Positions 1 to 10,906 are shown, numbered from the stretch's first letter. The stretch is 64,000 nt of DNA from Candidatus Poribacteria bacterium (GCA_965116925.1 OZ220744.1:5408001-5472000); one strand, 5' to 3'. Notes: a model not told the origin generated them from the letters alone. Program-made: numbers and translations.

Positions 1-220
1 AGCGGGAAAACAGCATTCCTAACGGGAATTAGTCTGTTGAAAGAATCTCAAGTATTTATGCTTGGAAGTGGTCAATTTAATCGGTTTAGGGTTTAGAGTA
101 GGTTTGACGTTCTGTGATTACGGTTCGCTCGGGGATTGCCTCCGGGGACGGACGTTTTCACATCAGCTAGGAAAAGCAGGACAATTTTTCGGCTGCTTTT
201 CAAAAATAGGAGACCATTGT

Positions 221-1480
221 ATGAAAAATCGGGGATACAAACGAATCTTCAGTTTCGTCATCGTAGGGCTGTTATTCGTTTTACAGTTGACCGCTCTCGC
301 AGAGGAGAAAAAAAGTCCGATTAAAATTGGGGGTGCCCTACGGGTGGGTTGGGCTTATGGTAGTTATGAGAGCGGCGATCCTGACAACCCACACCGACGA
401 AGCGACAAAATCGGAGATGTTGACCTTGAGATTTTCCGCCTGAATGCCGATCTCGACTACCACAACATCATTAGTAGAATTGAATACCGATGGTACGACA
501 CCTACAGCATGATACACACCGCATGGCTAGGGTATAATTTAGGTGATTTGGGCACGCTCAAGGCGGGTATTGTACGGGCTCCGTTCGGGCCCGGTCCTTA
601 TGGTGTTTCTAGTAGTTGGTTTTTTGACCAACATTTCTATGTCGGGCTCGCCGACGATATGGATCTGGGAATCAGGTGGAGTGACACCCTCGGCAAACTA
701 ACCCTTGATGTGGGCTACTTTCTTCAAAGCGAACCCCAGACGGATGGAAGCAGCCTTGCCAGCTCACGATACAGCTATGACATCGTCAGATGGGAAGAGA
801 AAGCTGATGCAAATGGAGATGTCCAATGGGGTGCCGGCGAAAACGGGTTTGATGAACAGCATCAAGTGAACCTGCGTGCAATCTATGCCCTCGAAAACAT
901 CGCAGATGTGGGTGCGTCGATTCAATATGGGTTGCTAAAGGGAACAAATGTGGACGATGATGGCGCGAACCACTACGCACTTTCTGCACACATGAAGAAC
1001 GCGTTCGCGGACTTCACGCTCTTTTCACAATTCTCCTATTACGCATATAATATCACCGATGATACGCCTTGGGGCACCGGCGACCTGATTCCAATGGGAG
1101 CTTACGATTTCGCTTGGCCCATAGCATCCAAGGGATTGGTGCCCGGGTTATCGCTGCGCTACGGCGGCATAGATACATCAGGTATCTCATGGATTGACAG
1201 TCTTACACCTTATGTCGAGTGGAGCACTATCCTCAAAACAGTGGATAGCTTCAACAGCAGTACCCTAGCGACGCTGGGTGCTAGCTGGACGCTCTTTGGT
1301 TCACTGTATGTCTATAGCGATCTGGCACTTTCCAACGGCAACGGATTTGTCGGTAACGTCGATGCTGACGGAAATAAAGAGGGCTACGGCAATATCTATA
1401 CGGGTGCTGGCGACTATGGTGCGAACGGAAATAACGCGTGGAATTGGCGGTTTAATGTTAACTTCGGTTACTATTTCTAA
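221..1480 (+). CDS. Outer-membrane beta-barrel (porin-like) protein
   Basis: Signal peptide, aromatic-rich beta strands, C-terminal GYYF; start placed at ATG 221 after AGGAGA; lies upstream of a BCCT transporter. Confidence 0.75.
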   Translation: MKNRGYKRIFSFVIVGLLFVLQLTALAEEKKSPIKIGGALRVGWAYGSYESGDPDNPHRRSDKIGDVDLEIFRLNADLDYHNIISRIEYRWYDTYSMIHTAWLGYNLGDLGTLKAGIVRAPFGPGPYGVSSSWFFDQHFYVGLADDMDLGIRWSDTLGKLTLDVGYFLQSEPQTDGSSLASSRYSYDIVRWEEKADANGDVQWGAGENGFDEQHQVNLRAIYALENIADVGASIQYGLLKGTNVDDDGANHYALSAHMKNAFADFTLFSQFSYYAYNITDDTPWGTGDLIPMGAYDFAWPIASKGLVPGLSLRYGGIDTSGISWIDSLTPYVEWSTILKTVDSFNSSTLATLGASWTLFGSLYVYSDLALSNGNGFVGNVDADGNKEGYGNIYTGAGDYGANGNNAWNWRFNVNFGYYF

Positions 1481-1534
1481 ACATCTACGCTTGTAGGGAC
1501 AGGCTACTGTGTTTGTCTAACTAGAAGGAGAGAT

Positions 1535-3097
1535 TTGAAAATGCGTGAAGAAGGGCAACAACCACAACCGCCGGGGGACAGGGAGTACCGGAGGTTATTC
1601 GGTCTAGATATCTATCTGACACCAGTGTTTGTGATTTCCAGTATTGCCATAGTCGTCTTTATTGTTGGTGCACTCGTGTTTCAGGAGGGTGCGACAAAAC
1701 TATTTGGAGATGTCCGCGTCTGGCTTACCACAAACCTTGATTGGTTGTTCATGATTACCGTCAATCTTGTCTGCCTATTTTGTCTAATTGTAGCGTTCTC
1801 ACCGCTCGGGAAGATACGCCTCGGGGGAGCCGATGCGAAACCCGAGTACTCCAATATAACTTGGCTTGCGATGCTCTTCGCTGCGGGTATTGGTATTGGT
1901 CTGCTATTTTTTGGAGTAGCAGAGCCAATGTACTACTTGCAGAATCCGCCGCTCGGCATTACCCCCGGAACGGCGGAAGCCGCTACCGCAGGCATAGCAG
2001 CGACGGTCTTCCACTGGGGAATACAAGGTTGGGCAGTTTATGGCGTCGTCGGACTCGCTCTCGCGTTTTTCGCTTACAACCGGGGACTTCCCCTCACCAT
2101 GCGCTCGGCATTCTATCCCATATTCGGTGACCGTGTCTGGGGATGGCCCGGTCATGTGATTGATACGTTTGCCATATTCGCAGGGATGTTTGGACTCGCA
2201 ACCTCGCTCGGCTTGGGGGTACAACAGGTCACCTCGGGCCTCAACTATCTGTTCGGAATTCCCGCAAACAGCACCACCATGGTGTTGCTGATTGTGGTGA
2301 TAACAGGTATCGCAATGGCATCGGTGTTAACCGGTATTAATGTCGGGATCAAGCGTCTGAGCCAGTTCAACGTAATTGTCGCCTTTTTGTTGCTGTTGGC
2401 TGTTATCATACTTGGTCCGACCCTATACATTGTCCGCACTATGTTCGCCGGGCTTGCTGACTATGCCATGAAAATTGTGCCCCTCAGCAACTGGATCGGG
2501 CGCGAGGATACCGGCTTTCTGCACGACTGGACCACGTTCTACTGGGCATGGTGGATAGCTTGGGCACCATTCATCGGTACTTTCATCGCCCGTATTTCAA
2601 AGGGGCGGACAGTACGCCAGTTCGTGATTTTTGTGCTCCTTCTACCGACACTGTTATGTTTGCTGTGGTTTGGTGCATTTGGAGGGGCCGCGCTCCATCA
2701 GCACACGGTTGATGGTTATACCGGTGTGTCAGAGAACGTTGCGGCTTGGAAGCTGGAGCTTGCACTGTTCAAAATGTTCGATGAACTGCCGTGGACGACG
2801 CTTCTGTCCTCCGTCGCGATGATGCTGACAATCATCTTCTTCGTTACCTCGTCGGACTCTGGTTCCTTGATCATCGATATCATCGCAGCCGGCGGCAAGG
2901 TTGATGCGCCAGTTCCTCAACGGGTGTTCTGGTGTAGTCTTGAAGGGTTAGTTGCCATCGCGCTGCTACTTGGCGGCGGTCTAAAGTCGTTACAGGCGGC
3001 GTCGCTTGCAACCGGCTTCCCGTTCGCCTTTGTCCTGCTAGGAATGGCAGTTTGCGTCTGGATGGGGCTTCGTAGCGAAGCGCGGGAATCGCAATGA
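1535..3097 (+). CDS. BCCT family betaine/carnitine/choline transporter
   Basis: Motifs WLAMLFAAGIGIG, FHWG, WTTFYWAWWIAWAPF, ARISKGRT, TSSDSG; about 12 TM segments. Confidence 0.95.
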   Translation: MKMREEGQQPQPPGDREYRRLFGLDIYLTPVFVISSIAIVVFIVGALVFQEGATKLFGDVRVWLTTNLDWLFMITVNLVCLFCLIVAFSPLGKIRLGGADAKPEYSNITWLAMLFAAGIGIGLLFFGVAEPMYYLQNPPLGITPGTAEAATAGIAATVFHWGIQGWAVYGVVGLALAFFAYNRGLPLTMRSAFYPIFGDRVWGWPGHVIDTFAIFAGMFGLATSLGLGVQQVTSGLNYLFGIPANSTTMVLLIVVITGIAMASVLTGINVGIKRLSQFNVIVAFLLLLAVIILGPTLYIVRTMFAGLADYAMKIVPLSNWIGREDTGFLHDWTTFYWAWWIAWAPFIGTFIARISKGRTVRQFVIFVLLLPTLLCLLWFGAFGGAALHQHTVDGYTGVSENVAAWKLELALFKMFDELPWTTLLSSVAMMLTIIFFVTSSDSGSLIIDIIAAGGKVDAPVPQRVFWCSLEGLVAIALLLGGGLKSLQAASLATGFPFAFVLLGMAVCVWMGLRSEARESQ

Positions 3098-3172
3098 TTC
3101 GCTATAGGGGCCGCATGACAGGTTGAGATTCGCTCAACTTTCAAGAAATGAACGCTTGTTGTCAATGTCGAT

Positions 3173-3928
3173 TTACAATTTGTCCACAAGCGGGTTTGTC
3201 TTTAGGGCATAAAGCTCCTCTAAAAACAACTCATAATCAATTGGGTTGCTGCCCCCCATTTTTCGGGCGATAGGAACTCCTATCGCCCGAACCAGTTGTA
3301 TCCGACGCAGCCTTGGCAGGGTTCCCCGACGCGAAAGATATTCTCGTATTGACACCAGTTCCGCGTCTGTCAACTGTTCAAGTTGGATCCAATCGGCATA
3401 GACAAAAGTTGATTTTCGGATAGTTGGGATCCTCGCCGGATTGGGAGAAACCTTGGTGTCCTCCTTCACAACGAGGGTTCCAGCAGCTAAGTCGCCCAGC
3501 CGCTGCCAGTTTTTGTTTGATAGCATAGCGAGCAGCCCGGCACCGTAGAAAAAGGGAAGAAAATCAACGATACGGATCAAATTTCGGATCGCTGAATCTG
3601 AGAAGCTGATTGGATAGCCGTGTACTTTGATCACCCGCAATCCGAGCGCACGTTTTCCCGGTGACTGACCATTCGTGGTAATTTCAAATATCATGTAGTA
3701 GCCCCACTGGAGCGCGAATGTAGCAACTCCCGCGATTGCTGCTAGCCAGTTGCCAAATCTTTCGTCTAGGCCGGACATCGCACCTATGGTAACATAGGCA
3801 CCTATAAGAACAATTGGGGTTAGCACAGCGATATCAATTACTGCGGCATAAAAACGGGAACCGATGCCTGCGATGCTATAATGGATTTTTATCTGTTCAG
3901 GAGTTTCAATGGATAAGTGTTCGTTCAT
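3173..3928 (-). CDS. RDD family membrane protein
   Basis: IETPEQ, AGIGSRF, GQSPGKR, RNLIRIVD, QRLGDLAAGT; start placed at MNEHLS. Confidence 0.9.
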   Translation of the reverse strand: MNEHLSIETPEQIKIHYSIAGIGSRFYAAVIDIAVLTPIVLIGAYVTIGAMSGLDERFGNWLAAIAGVATFALQWGYYMIFEITTNGQSPGKRALGLRVIKVHGYPISFSDSAIRNLIRIVDFLPFFYGAGLLAMLSNKNWQRLGDLAAGTLVVKEDTKVSPNPARIPTIRKSTFVYADWIQLEQLTDAELVSIREYLSRRGTLPRLRRIQLVRAIGVPIARKMGGSNPIDYELFLEELYALKTNPLVDKL

Positions 3929-4060
3929 TTCTCTTACCGTTTTGACTATACAATCTTTTTCAATTATAGAGAAAATTAAATATCTCCTTGCCTCTGACTG
4001 CTCCGCGTTAGATTGACAAACCCAGTGGCTAGCATGAGTCAATGGGAGGTAATATAACCG

Positions 4061-5041
4061 ATGACTTTAGAGGAATTTACCAACAAAAAACGATCGGTCT
4101 GGTCAGAATTAGAGGAGTTATTAAATCGTACACGACGGCGCGGTGTCAAAGATATGTCTACGATTCAACTCAATCGCTTGGGTTATCTGTACCGTCGTAT
4201 CACCTCTGATTTGGCGGTTGCTCGCCGCGATTTCCCAGACGATCACTGCGTCACATACCTTAACGCGCTCGCCTCTCGCGCCCACGCCAGCATCTACCAA
4301 GCCTCCCCGTTGAAACGGAATACAATTCGCAACTTTTTCCGATACGGATTCCCGACGCTGTTCCGTCGAAACCTCCCTTTTATCGTAGCAGCGTTTCTGA
4401 TGTTCGCCATCGGGTTTGGAACAGCATATTGGATTGCGTTAGCCAAGCCGGTATTTGCGGAGAGACTCACACATCAACACATCGTTGAAACAATTCACGC
4501 AGAGGAGATGTGGACCGACATACCGGCACTCCGGAGAAATCTCGCTGCCTCCTTCATCATGACCAATAACATTCGGGTCGCTTTCTTGGCATTCGCGAGT
4601 GGCATCACCTTTATGGTCGGCACAGTGTGTATTTTAGCTTTCAACGGTGTTCACATAGGTGTGATTGCGGGCTTATGTCACGTCCATGGACTCGCCCTTC
4701 CACTGTGGGAGTTTGTATCACCACACGGTTATATTGAATTAACCACCATTTTTATCGCAGGCGGGGCCGGGCTAAAAATGGGATACGCCCTGATTGCACC
4801 GACGCAATTCACCCGAAAACAGGCGTTAACCGATGCGGCGAAAATCGCTGTCCAACTTATTGGAGGCTGTGTTGTCCTGCTCATCATCGCAGGGGTTATT
4901 GAGGGGTTTGTATCGCCTTCAAGTTTGCCGCCAATCGTCAAGATCGGATTTGGATTCTCAACGGGTGTGCTGTTGTTCTGCTATCTCTTTTTGATGAGGG
5001 AACCGAACGGGAAGCCTGTCCCAACCGTCAAAGGGGATTAA
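4061..5041 (+). CDS. SpoIIM (stage II sporulation protein M)-family membrane protein
   Basis: LYRRITSDLA, IMTNNIRVAF, FNG, PHGYIEL, AGVIEGF; RBS GGGAGG. Confidence 0.9.
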   Translation: MTLEEFTNKKRSVWSELEELLNRTRRRGVKDMSTIQLNRLGYLYRRITSDLAVARRDFPDDHCVTYLNALASRAHASIYQASPLKRNTIRNFFRYGFPTLFRRNLPFIVAAFLMFAIGFGTAYWIALAKPVFAERLTHQHIVETIHAEEMWTDIPALRRNLAASFIMTNNIRVAFLAFASGITFMVGTVCILAFNGVHIGVIAGLCHVHGLALPLWEFVSPHGYIELTTIFIAGGAGLKMGYALIAPTQFTRKQALTDAAKIAVQLIGGCVVLLIIAGVIEGFVSPSSLPPIVKIGFGFSTGVLLFCYLFLMREPNGKPVPTVKGD

Positions 5042-5108
5042 TTAAAAGAATAATTGAGCACAGACCATCCTTCCTACAGGGATGCGATCTGTTGATCGAT
5101 CTCAACAG

Positions 5109-6173
5109 TTACATACGCACTTCATCAGACCAATCTCGCCAGATGTCCCCATCTGTGTTGTCCACCACAAGCGCATCGGGGACAGACTCAGGCGTTTTCT
5201 TAAAACCGTAGATTGTCGCTTGGCGAATAACGTCATTAGAAGCGTTCTGCCCTGCGATGTGTAGAATTTTGGTGTGCCAAAGTACCACAGTACCCGTGGG
5301 GCCATGGCAATCAAACGGTTGGGTATCTGCCTTAATCTCCCCAATGACAGGATCGGTGTAACCCCCTGCCTTGCGTACCGCCAAATGTTTGTCTGTGTGC
5401 TTCTCGCCCTCCTTGAAAGCCTTCCACTGTTCGGGCCAAATCCGTGCGTGACTTCCGGGCCACACAGTAAATCCGCCGGAGTTGGGCGGCACATCTGAAA
5501 TGTAGGCTGACATCTGCAGCCGCCATCGGCCGTAGCATGCACCGTCGGAGTGTGCACCGCGATACTCCGGGGCATGAGACGGACTGTTCGGTAGGGTGCA
5601 ATATAACCCACGGGTTCCTTGTCCATTAAGCCACACTGGTCCGGTTTCGGGTAAACGTAGCGCAGGCTCTGTCGTGAAGGTGCCTTTGGGGGACCAACCC
5701 ATCAAGTGTCCCACATGGGAATTAAGACCTCCCACGGCATCATCGCACATGAAGCAAGGACCAGTGGTGTAACCCGACTCGTCGAGTCCGGCGGGCCACA
5801 CCACTGTCCCCTTACCAAGCAGCTGCTCGGCAACTCGCCACAAGGCGCGAGGTGCTAGGTTTAGCATCAATTCCGATGCACCATTTCGGACTGTAAACCG
5901 GTGACTGTTACCGCTGAAATACGGGTCACCTCCGCCCTCGGGTCGATGCTGTAATTTGGTGTTCTCCTCCTCAGTGATGGGCCCCCATGTGGAAGGGTCG
6001 TCCCTTTTCATACGTGGAAGATGTGCTTGAATCACATCCCACATTTCGTCACGTGCTTGGCGGCACAACTTAGGATCGAGAACCCCTTCGAGAACTAAAA
6101 ATCCATCGCGTTTGAACTGATCAATTTGGTCTATTGTCAAGGGTTCGACTGACTTAAAACTTGGGGTAGACAT
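5109..6173 (-). CDS. PhyH family Fe(II)/2-oxoglutarate dioxygenase
   Basis: QIDQFKRDGFLV, HSD, GGFTVWPGSH, distal His in LHIAG. Confidence 0.85.
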   Translation of the reverse strand: MSTPSFKSVEPLTIDQIDQFKRDGFLVLEGVLDPKLCRQARDEMWDVIQAHLPRMKRDDPSTWGPITEEENTKLQHRPEGGGDPYFSGNSHRFTVRNGASELMLNLAPRALWRVAEQLLGKGTVVWPAGLDESGYTTGPCFMCDDAVGGLNSHVGHLMGWSPKGTFTTEPALRLPETGPVWLNGQGTRGLYCTLPNSPSHAPEYRGAHSDGACYGRWRLQMSAYISDVPPNSGGFTVWPGSHARIWPEQWKAFKEGEKHTDKHLAVRKAGGYTDPVIGEIKADTQPFDCHGPTGTVVLWHTKILHIAGQNASNDVIRQATIYGFKKTPESVPDALVVDNTDGDIWRDWSDEVRM

Positions 6174-6195
6174 AAGTATTTTCCTTTTACTGTTT

Positions 6196-6308
6196 GCTCA
6201 TGTAAAAACGGAGTACAAGTGCGGTGAACGCGTTGAGGGCGGGGCAAGATGCCCCGCCTACGGTTTTTGAGGCAAATCGGTGCTGTTGCACTAATTCTTA
6301 ACATGAGC
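6196..6308. mobile_element. MITE copy A (~113 bp)
   Basis: Ends GCTCATGT...AGTACAA and TTGCACT...ACATGAGC; internal hairpin GCGGGGC-AAGAT-GCCCCGC followed by CTAC; homologous copies at 23688 and 25584. Confidence 0.75.
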
Positions 6309-6452
6309 CTTACTGTTAATGGGTTGACTGGGTATCCCTTATAGGCGGGGAAACCAGATGCCCGCCTACGGTTTTTGAGGCAAATTGGTGCTGTTGCACT
6401 AATTCTTAACATGAGCCTTACTGTTAATGGGTTGATTGAGTATCCTTTATAG
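6238..6452. repeat. Tandem direct duplication, 108-bp period (MITE right part plus flank)
   Basis: GCCTACGGTTTTTGAGGCAAAT...ACATGAGCCTTACTGTTAATGGGTTGA occurs twice; CATGAGC ends at 6308 and 6416. Confidence 0.95.
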
Positions 6453-6636
6453 CGTTCCTCAAATTTACGAATCTACGGATTTTTCAACGGGTCAAGGGGC
6501 GAAAAATGTAATGTGCTTCTCCGAATAGGCGCGTCTATCGCTCACCCCGGTTGTCATGTAAGTTAGCACCTCTTAGCAGCATATTTTACCACACCCACTA
6601 AATCGGAGACACTTTTTTATCGAACATGGTGTATTG

Positions 6637-8007
6637 CTATATCCGAGACTTTGCTTTGAGTTCAAGGTATTTATTCACTACCGTCATTGTCAATTGATGT
6701 GCGGGAACATCAAGCGTGATGACCCCGCCCCTACGAAGGATTTCCAAGGTAGCGTGCTTCTCCTGTAATAATCTTTCAGCAATTGCCCTTTGGTAGACCA
6801 TTTTGGAATCGGTCGGCTTCTGTGCGGCAAGTGCAACGATGTTGGAGTCTGTCAAGGTTACGCAAACGGTGAGGTGGCGTTTGGCAAGCCGTGCCACATA
6901 ACGGACAAGGTCTTCCGCCGCATCCTGATCCAAGATGTCAGTAAAAAAGATAATCAGTGCGCGTCTGCGCTGTTTTGATGCCAAGTATTTGAAGGCAATC
7001 TCGAAATCCGGTTCGACCAAATAAACCTGTAAGGCGTAGGTAGATTCTAGCATCGTGAGGAATTGCTTTTTGCCCGGTTTGGGTTCAAGGTATTGGTGAA
7101 CGGTGTTTGAGAAAGCAATTAAGCCCACCTTATCCCCCTTGAGCGTCGAGACGTAGCTTGTCATTAAGGTTGCGTTGATGGCGTAATCAAGTTTAATCAT
7201 TGCCTGCTCTGAGCTTGGTCCGGCACTCAGGCTGCCGTTCGCTTCACTTCCTTGCGGCTCCGTCAAAATCGGTGATGCCATCAACCTGCCGACGTCTAAC
7301 ATCATGACTATTTCTTGATTTCGTTCTGTCTCAAACTCCCGGACAATCGGTTTTTGACGTCTTGCTGTCGCCTTCCAGTCGATGCGGCGGAAATCATCAT
7401 CAGGAGCATATTCCCGCAGCCGCTCAATTTCTGTCCCCTCCCCAAATTGCCTCGAATTTCTGAGTCCAAGTTGACCAAGCAGCCCGCGCCTAACTAGCAA
7501 TTCGTACTGTTGGATGGCGTGCAGGTTAGGATAAACTTTCACCTCCGCCGCCTCCTCAATCTGACGTTGGCGGATAATCAACCCGAAAATTCCCCAGCAC
7601 TGTAGGTGAATATCCGCAAAATAGTAAACGCCACGACGCAATGGTGTGAGTCGGTAGACGATGCTTCTGGTTTCATCCGGTGCCACATGTACCTCGTGGA
7701 TAACGCGGTCAAACTGGAATGTCGGCGGAAAATCATCCTTCAGCCGCAACCTTAGTCGATGATGAGAACGGTTGACTACACACAGTGTCACGACATTTTC
7801 TACCCCCAACGAGAACTTAGAGTTTATCTTACGACTCACCTCAACCTTCGTGAATAGCGGCGTTTTTAGGTAATCGACAACGCAGAGAATCAATAGCAGC
7901 ATCAGATAAGCAGCATCAACGAGCAACAAATTGGGCGAGATTTTGTAAAGCATAATCGGAATCGCCGATGGCAGCAGGAATCCGAGTAGCCGGTTACTCA
8001 ATCGCAT
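6637..8007 (-). CDS. DUF58 / vWA-like MoxR partner protein
   Basis: VKVYPNL, LREYAPDDDFRRIDWKATAR, DVGRLM, GDKVGL. Confidence 0.9.
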   Translation of the reverse strand: MRLSNRLLGFLLPSAIPIMLYKISPNLLLVDAAYLMLLLILCVVDYLKTPLFTKVEVSRKINSKFSLGVENVVTLCVVNRSHHRLRLRLKDDFPPTFQFDRVIHEVHVAPDETRSIVYRLTPLRRGVYYFADIHLQCWGIFGLIIRQRQIEEAAEVKVYPNLHAIQQYELLVRRGLLGQLGLRNSRQFGEGTEIERLREYAPDDDFRRIDWKATARRQKPIVREFETERNQEIVMMLDVGRLMASPILTEPQGSEANGSLSAGPSSEQAMIKLDYAINATLMTSYVSTLKGDKVGLIAFSNTVHQYLEPKPGKKQFLTMLESTYALQVYLVEPDFEIAFKYLASKQRRRALIIFFTDILDQDAAEDLVRYVARLAKRHLTVCVTLTDSNIVALAAQKPTDSKMVYQRAIAERLLQEKHATLEILRRGGVITLDVPAHQLTMTVVNKYLELKAKSRI

Positions 8008-8077
8008 CGCGTGGTCTCTCTTTTTGATAGCGTCGAAGGGTGTTGATGATAAATTTAACGTAGTATATCACACTGAG

Positions 8078-9031
8078 CTAACGTGGAATATTTAACTCCG
8101 CGAGTAACCTGTCTATTACATCGTCCGCTGATAGTCCTTCGATTTCCGCTTCTGGTTTCAGTAGAATCCGATGACGATATACGTGTGGAGCTAACCATTT
8201 CACATCGTCCGGCAAGATGTAATCCCGTCCCTGTATTGCCGCGTAAGTTTTGCTCGCTAGCAGCAGCGAGATTGACGCCCGTGGACTGCCGCCCAGAATG
8301 AGGTCATCAGAATTGCGCGATGCCTCAGCTAAACCGACAATATAGCCGAAAATGGAATCTTCAACTGTGACCGCTTGAATCGCTGCTTGGCATTGTTGAA
8401 GCAAAGTCTTGTCGATAACACCTTCAACGCCGGCTTCCGCGAGTTGAGAGGCATTGAAACCGCTGTGATAGTTGAGCAGGATTTGTTGTTCTATCTCCCT
8501 GGTCGGGTAATCGACGCGCAACTTGAGTAGAAACCGATCCAGTTGGGCTTCCGGGAGCGGATAGGTGCCTTCGTATTCCACAGGGTTCTGCGTTGCCAAT
8601 ACCATAAACGGAGCGGTCAATTCGTGGCGTACACCGTCAATACTGACCTGTCGCTCCTCCATACATTCAAGGAGTGCTGATTGGGTTTTGGCTGGGGCAC
8701 GGTTGATTTCATCTGCGAGCAACACATTGGTGAAAACAGGTCCTCGCTTGAGGTTGAATTGGTGCGTAGCCAAATCGTAAACGCTGGTGCCGACGATATC
8801 GGCTGGCATCAGGTCGGGCGTGAATTGAACACGACTAAATTCGCCGGATACTACCAGTGCTAACGTTTTCGCAATAAGTGTCTTGGCGGTGCCGGGCACA
8901 CCTTCTAACAGCACATGACCCCCGGATAGGAAGCTAACCACCACCAGTTCAAATAACTCCTCCTGTCCAACAATGACCTTTTGGGCTTCTGTTTTTATTT
9001 TTTCAAAGACACTTTGAATTAAAGTAGACAT
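8078..9031 (-). CDS. moxR: MoxR family AAA+ ATPase
   Basis: [58 protein letters not shown]. Confidence 0.95.
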   Translation of the reverse strand: MSTLIQSVFEKIKTEAQKVIVGQEELFELVVVSFLSGGHVLLEGVPGTAKTLIAKTLALVVSGEFSRVQFTPDLMPADIVGTSVYDLATHQFNLKRGPVFTNVLLADEINRAPAKTQSALLECMEERQVSIDGVRHELTAPFMVLATQNPVEYEGTYPLPEAQLDRFLLKLRVDYPTREIEQQILLNYHSGFNASQLAEAGVEGVIDKTLLQQCQAAIQAVTVEDSIFGYIVGLAEASRNSDDLILGGSPRASISLLLASKTYAAIQGRDYILPDDVKWLAPHVYRHRILLKPEAEIEGLSADDVIDRLLAELNIPR

Positions 9032-9113
9032 AGTTTTCCTATCTTGGGTAAAACAACCTACCACGGAGAGTTGGGAGAGACGACGAAATATCCACTCCTC
9101 TCGACAAAATCAT

Positions 9114-10241
9114 TTAACGCTGCCCTAGTCGTTTCCGCTCAATATTCACCACATCATAATAGGCATCAACCTGTTTAGCAAGTGACAGTAATCGTGCTTC
9201 CGATATATCACCAGCCGGTTCCAACGCTGTTAAAAGCTGTTGGAGTTCGTCGGTATCAATCGGTTTTCGTTTAGCAATTTCCTCCACGAAGGTAGCAGTC
9301 TCTAGATCGGAGTTAATACGCCACTGCGCTGCGAGATCGAATCGGAATGTATCGCGAATCTGCTTCAAAATCGCAGGACGGGTGTTCCCTTTTTGATAAA
9401 GGGCAGTCATGGCAAAGACATACTCTGAGCTGACCCGCTGGTGCGTTTCCTCCACTACGAGTGGCTTGCCGAATCGGCGTCCACGGAGAATCAGAAACAG
9501 GAAAACGATCAATCCAATATAAACTATGCCCAAGCCACCCGGTGTTTTGAACAGTAGGTAGAACAACGGGTCAGCAGTTTCTGTGGAGTCAAAAGCATAG
9601 TAGCGCGATTCAGCTAGTCCGATACGTGCCCGATGGGGCAATGTCGTCATAAGGTTGTAGAAAAACGTCGCGTTCCGCTCATCTCTAAGTCCAAAGTAAG
9701 TGAAAATGTCGGGACAGGACATGAAAAAGACGCGACCATCCCCCTCACGAAACGTCACAACCGAATAATCCGTCTCCTGTCCGAAGAGCGGTGCGATCTC
9801 CCGTTCTATCGACTGGATGGCAACGTTCGTAGTGGAGTAAATTTCGTCCACCGGGCGATTTGGAAAGATGGGGTCGATCGGGATTCGGTGCGAGGTTTTC
9901 AACGATTTTGATGCGCGGGGCATTTCCAATCCGTAATCGAGCAACAAGGAATCGAGTGATTCGTGGTCTCCCGCGACGATCAGGGTGCCGCTATCTTTGA
10001 CGAAGCGATGTATCTCTTCAATCTCCTCAGTGTCTAACGTTTCGCTTAACTGCCACAGAAATAGTACGTCCAACCGATCGAGCCGAGCGGGTTGTGCCGC
10101 TTCAATTTTCGTCACGCGGAAGTTCAACGCCTTCAAGACACTATAGGGCGCGCTATCTTCATAGAACAAGTCGCACGAAAGTCCAAAAAAAGGGAGCGTA
10201 ATCAGGGCAATGCTGAGGAAGTAAGTTTTGGCATTTCTCAC
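9114..10241 (-). CDS. DUF4350-like membrane/lipoprotein of the MoxR cluster
   Basis: Lipobox-like LSC, GATase-like segment, TM followed by RGRRFGKP, EYVFAMTALY; GTG start inferred. Confidence 0.75.
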   Translation of the reverse strand: MRNAKTYFLSIALITLPFFGLSCDLFYEDSAPYSVLKALNFRVTKIEAAQPARLDRLDVLFLWQLSETLDTEEIEEIHRFVKDSGTLIVAGDHESLDSLLLDYGLEMPRASKSLKTSHRIPIDPIFPNRPVDEIYSTTNVAIQSIEREIAPLFGQETDYSVVTFREGDGRVFFMSCPDIFTYFGLRDERNATFFYNLMTTLPHRARIGLAESRYYAFDSTETADPLFYLLFKTPGGLGIVYIGLIVFLFLILRGRRFGKPLVVEETHQRVSSEYVFAMTALYQKGNTRPAILKQIRDTFRFDLAAQWRINSDLETATFVEEIAKRKPIDTDELQQLLTALEPAGDISEARLLSLAKQVDAYYDVVNIERKRLGQR

Positions 10242-10249
10242 AGGAGAAT

Positions 10250-10906
10250 TTACCCATTTGTTAGATACACCTTTTGCAACAGTTCTCGGTAATTCGCGAT
10301 GGTATCCGCATTGCACGGCTTGTAGCCGTACCAGACATCATCAAACACTTGAATCACCGGACGCAGTGCTTCTTGTAATTCAACGTGTGCCTGTAAGGTG
10401 TGGAGATATTCAAGATTGGTCAGACTCTTATCGTAGGTGAGTATGCCCCGCTCTTGGAGGTGAAGAATTGCCGATAAATAAAGGAAGCGGAGCGCGTCCC
10501 GAAAGTTATGCGATGTCACTGCTATTTCAGATTGGGTAAGTGCCGCCTGTGCTGTTGTGACATTGTCCATTTCGGATTCAGTCACCTTATCTCTTATCTC
10601 AGTGACTAGATTTCTGCGAATCTGTCGGATAAAAAAGAGAGTCAGACCAATCAGCAAGAGACATCCACCCCAGAGCAGCGCGTCCGCCGTGCCTACGCCG
10701 ATCAAGGAGCGAAATGTACCGGTTCTTTGGTCATGGAGCGAGAAAAGTTTGGATAAAATATCTTCGTACTTCTTAAAGGAAGCATCCATGTTGGCGTGGT
10801 TCGCCTCTATCTCTTCCCTGAATTGTTGCATCTCCGTTTCGGCAGCAAATAACACAGAACCAATCGCTAAAAGGAGTATCCCACAAATGGGTATCCTGTT
10901 TCTCAT
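10250..10906 (-). CDS. DUF4129-domain protein
   Basis: ALRFLYL, TNLEYL, FDDVWYG. Confidence 0.8.
   Translation of the reverse strand: MRNRIPICGILLLAIGSVLFAAETEMQQFREEIEANHANMDASFKKYEDILSKLFSLHDQRTGTFRSLIGVGTADALLWGGCLLLIGLTLFFIRQIRRNLVTEIRDKVTESEMDNVTTAQAALTQSEIAVTSHNFRDALRFLYLSAILHLQERGILTYDKSLTNLEYLHTLQAHVELQEALRPVIQVFDDVWYGYKPCNADTIANYRELLQKVYLTNG

Noticed and set aside
4061..5041. Sporulation inferred from SpoIIM, SpoIIE and CotH family names
   Set aside because: These families are widespread in non-sporulating bacteria, and the contexts here are MoxR and partner-switching clusters
6238..6452. Possible mini-CRISPR array
   Set aside because: Only two 108-bp near-identical units, no unique spacers and no cas genes
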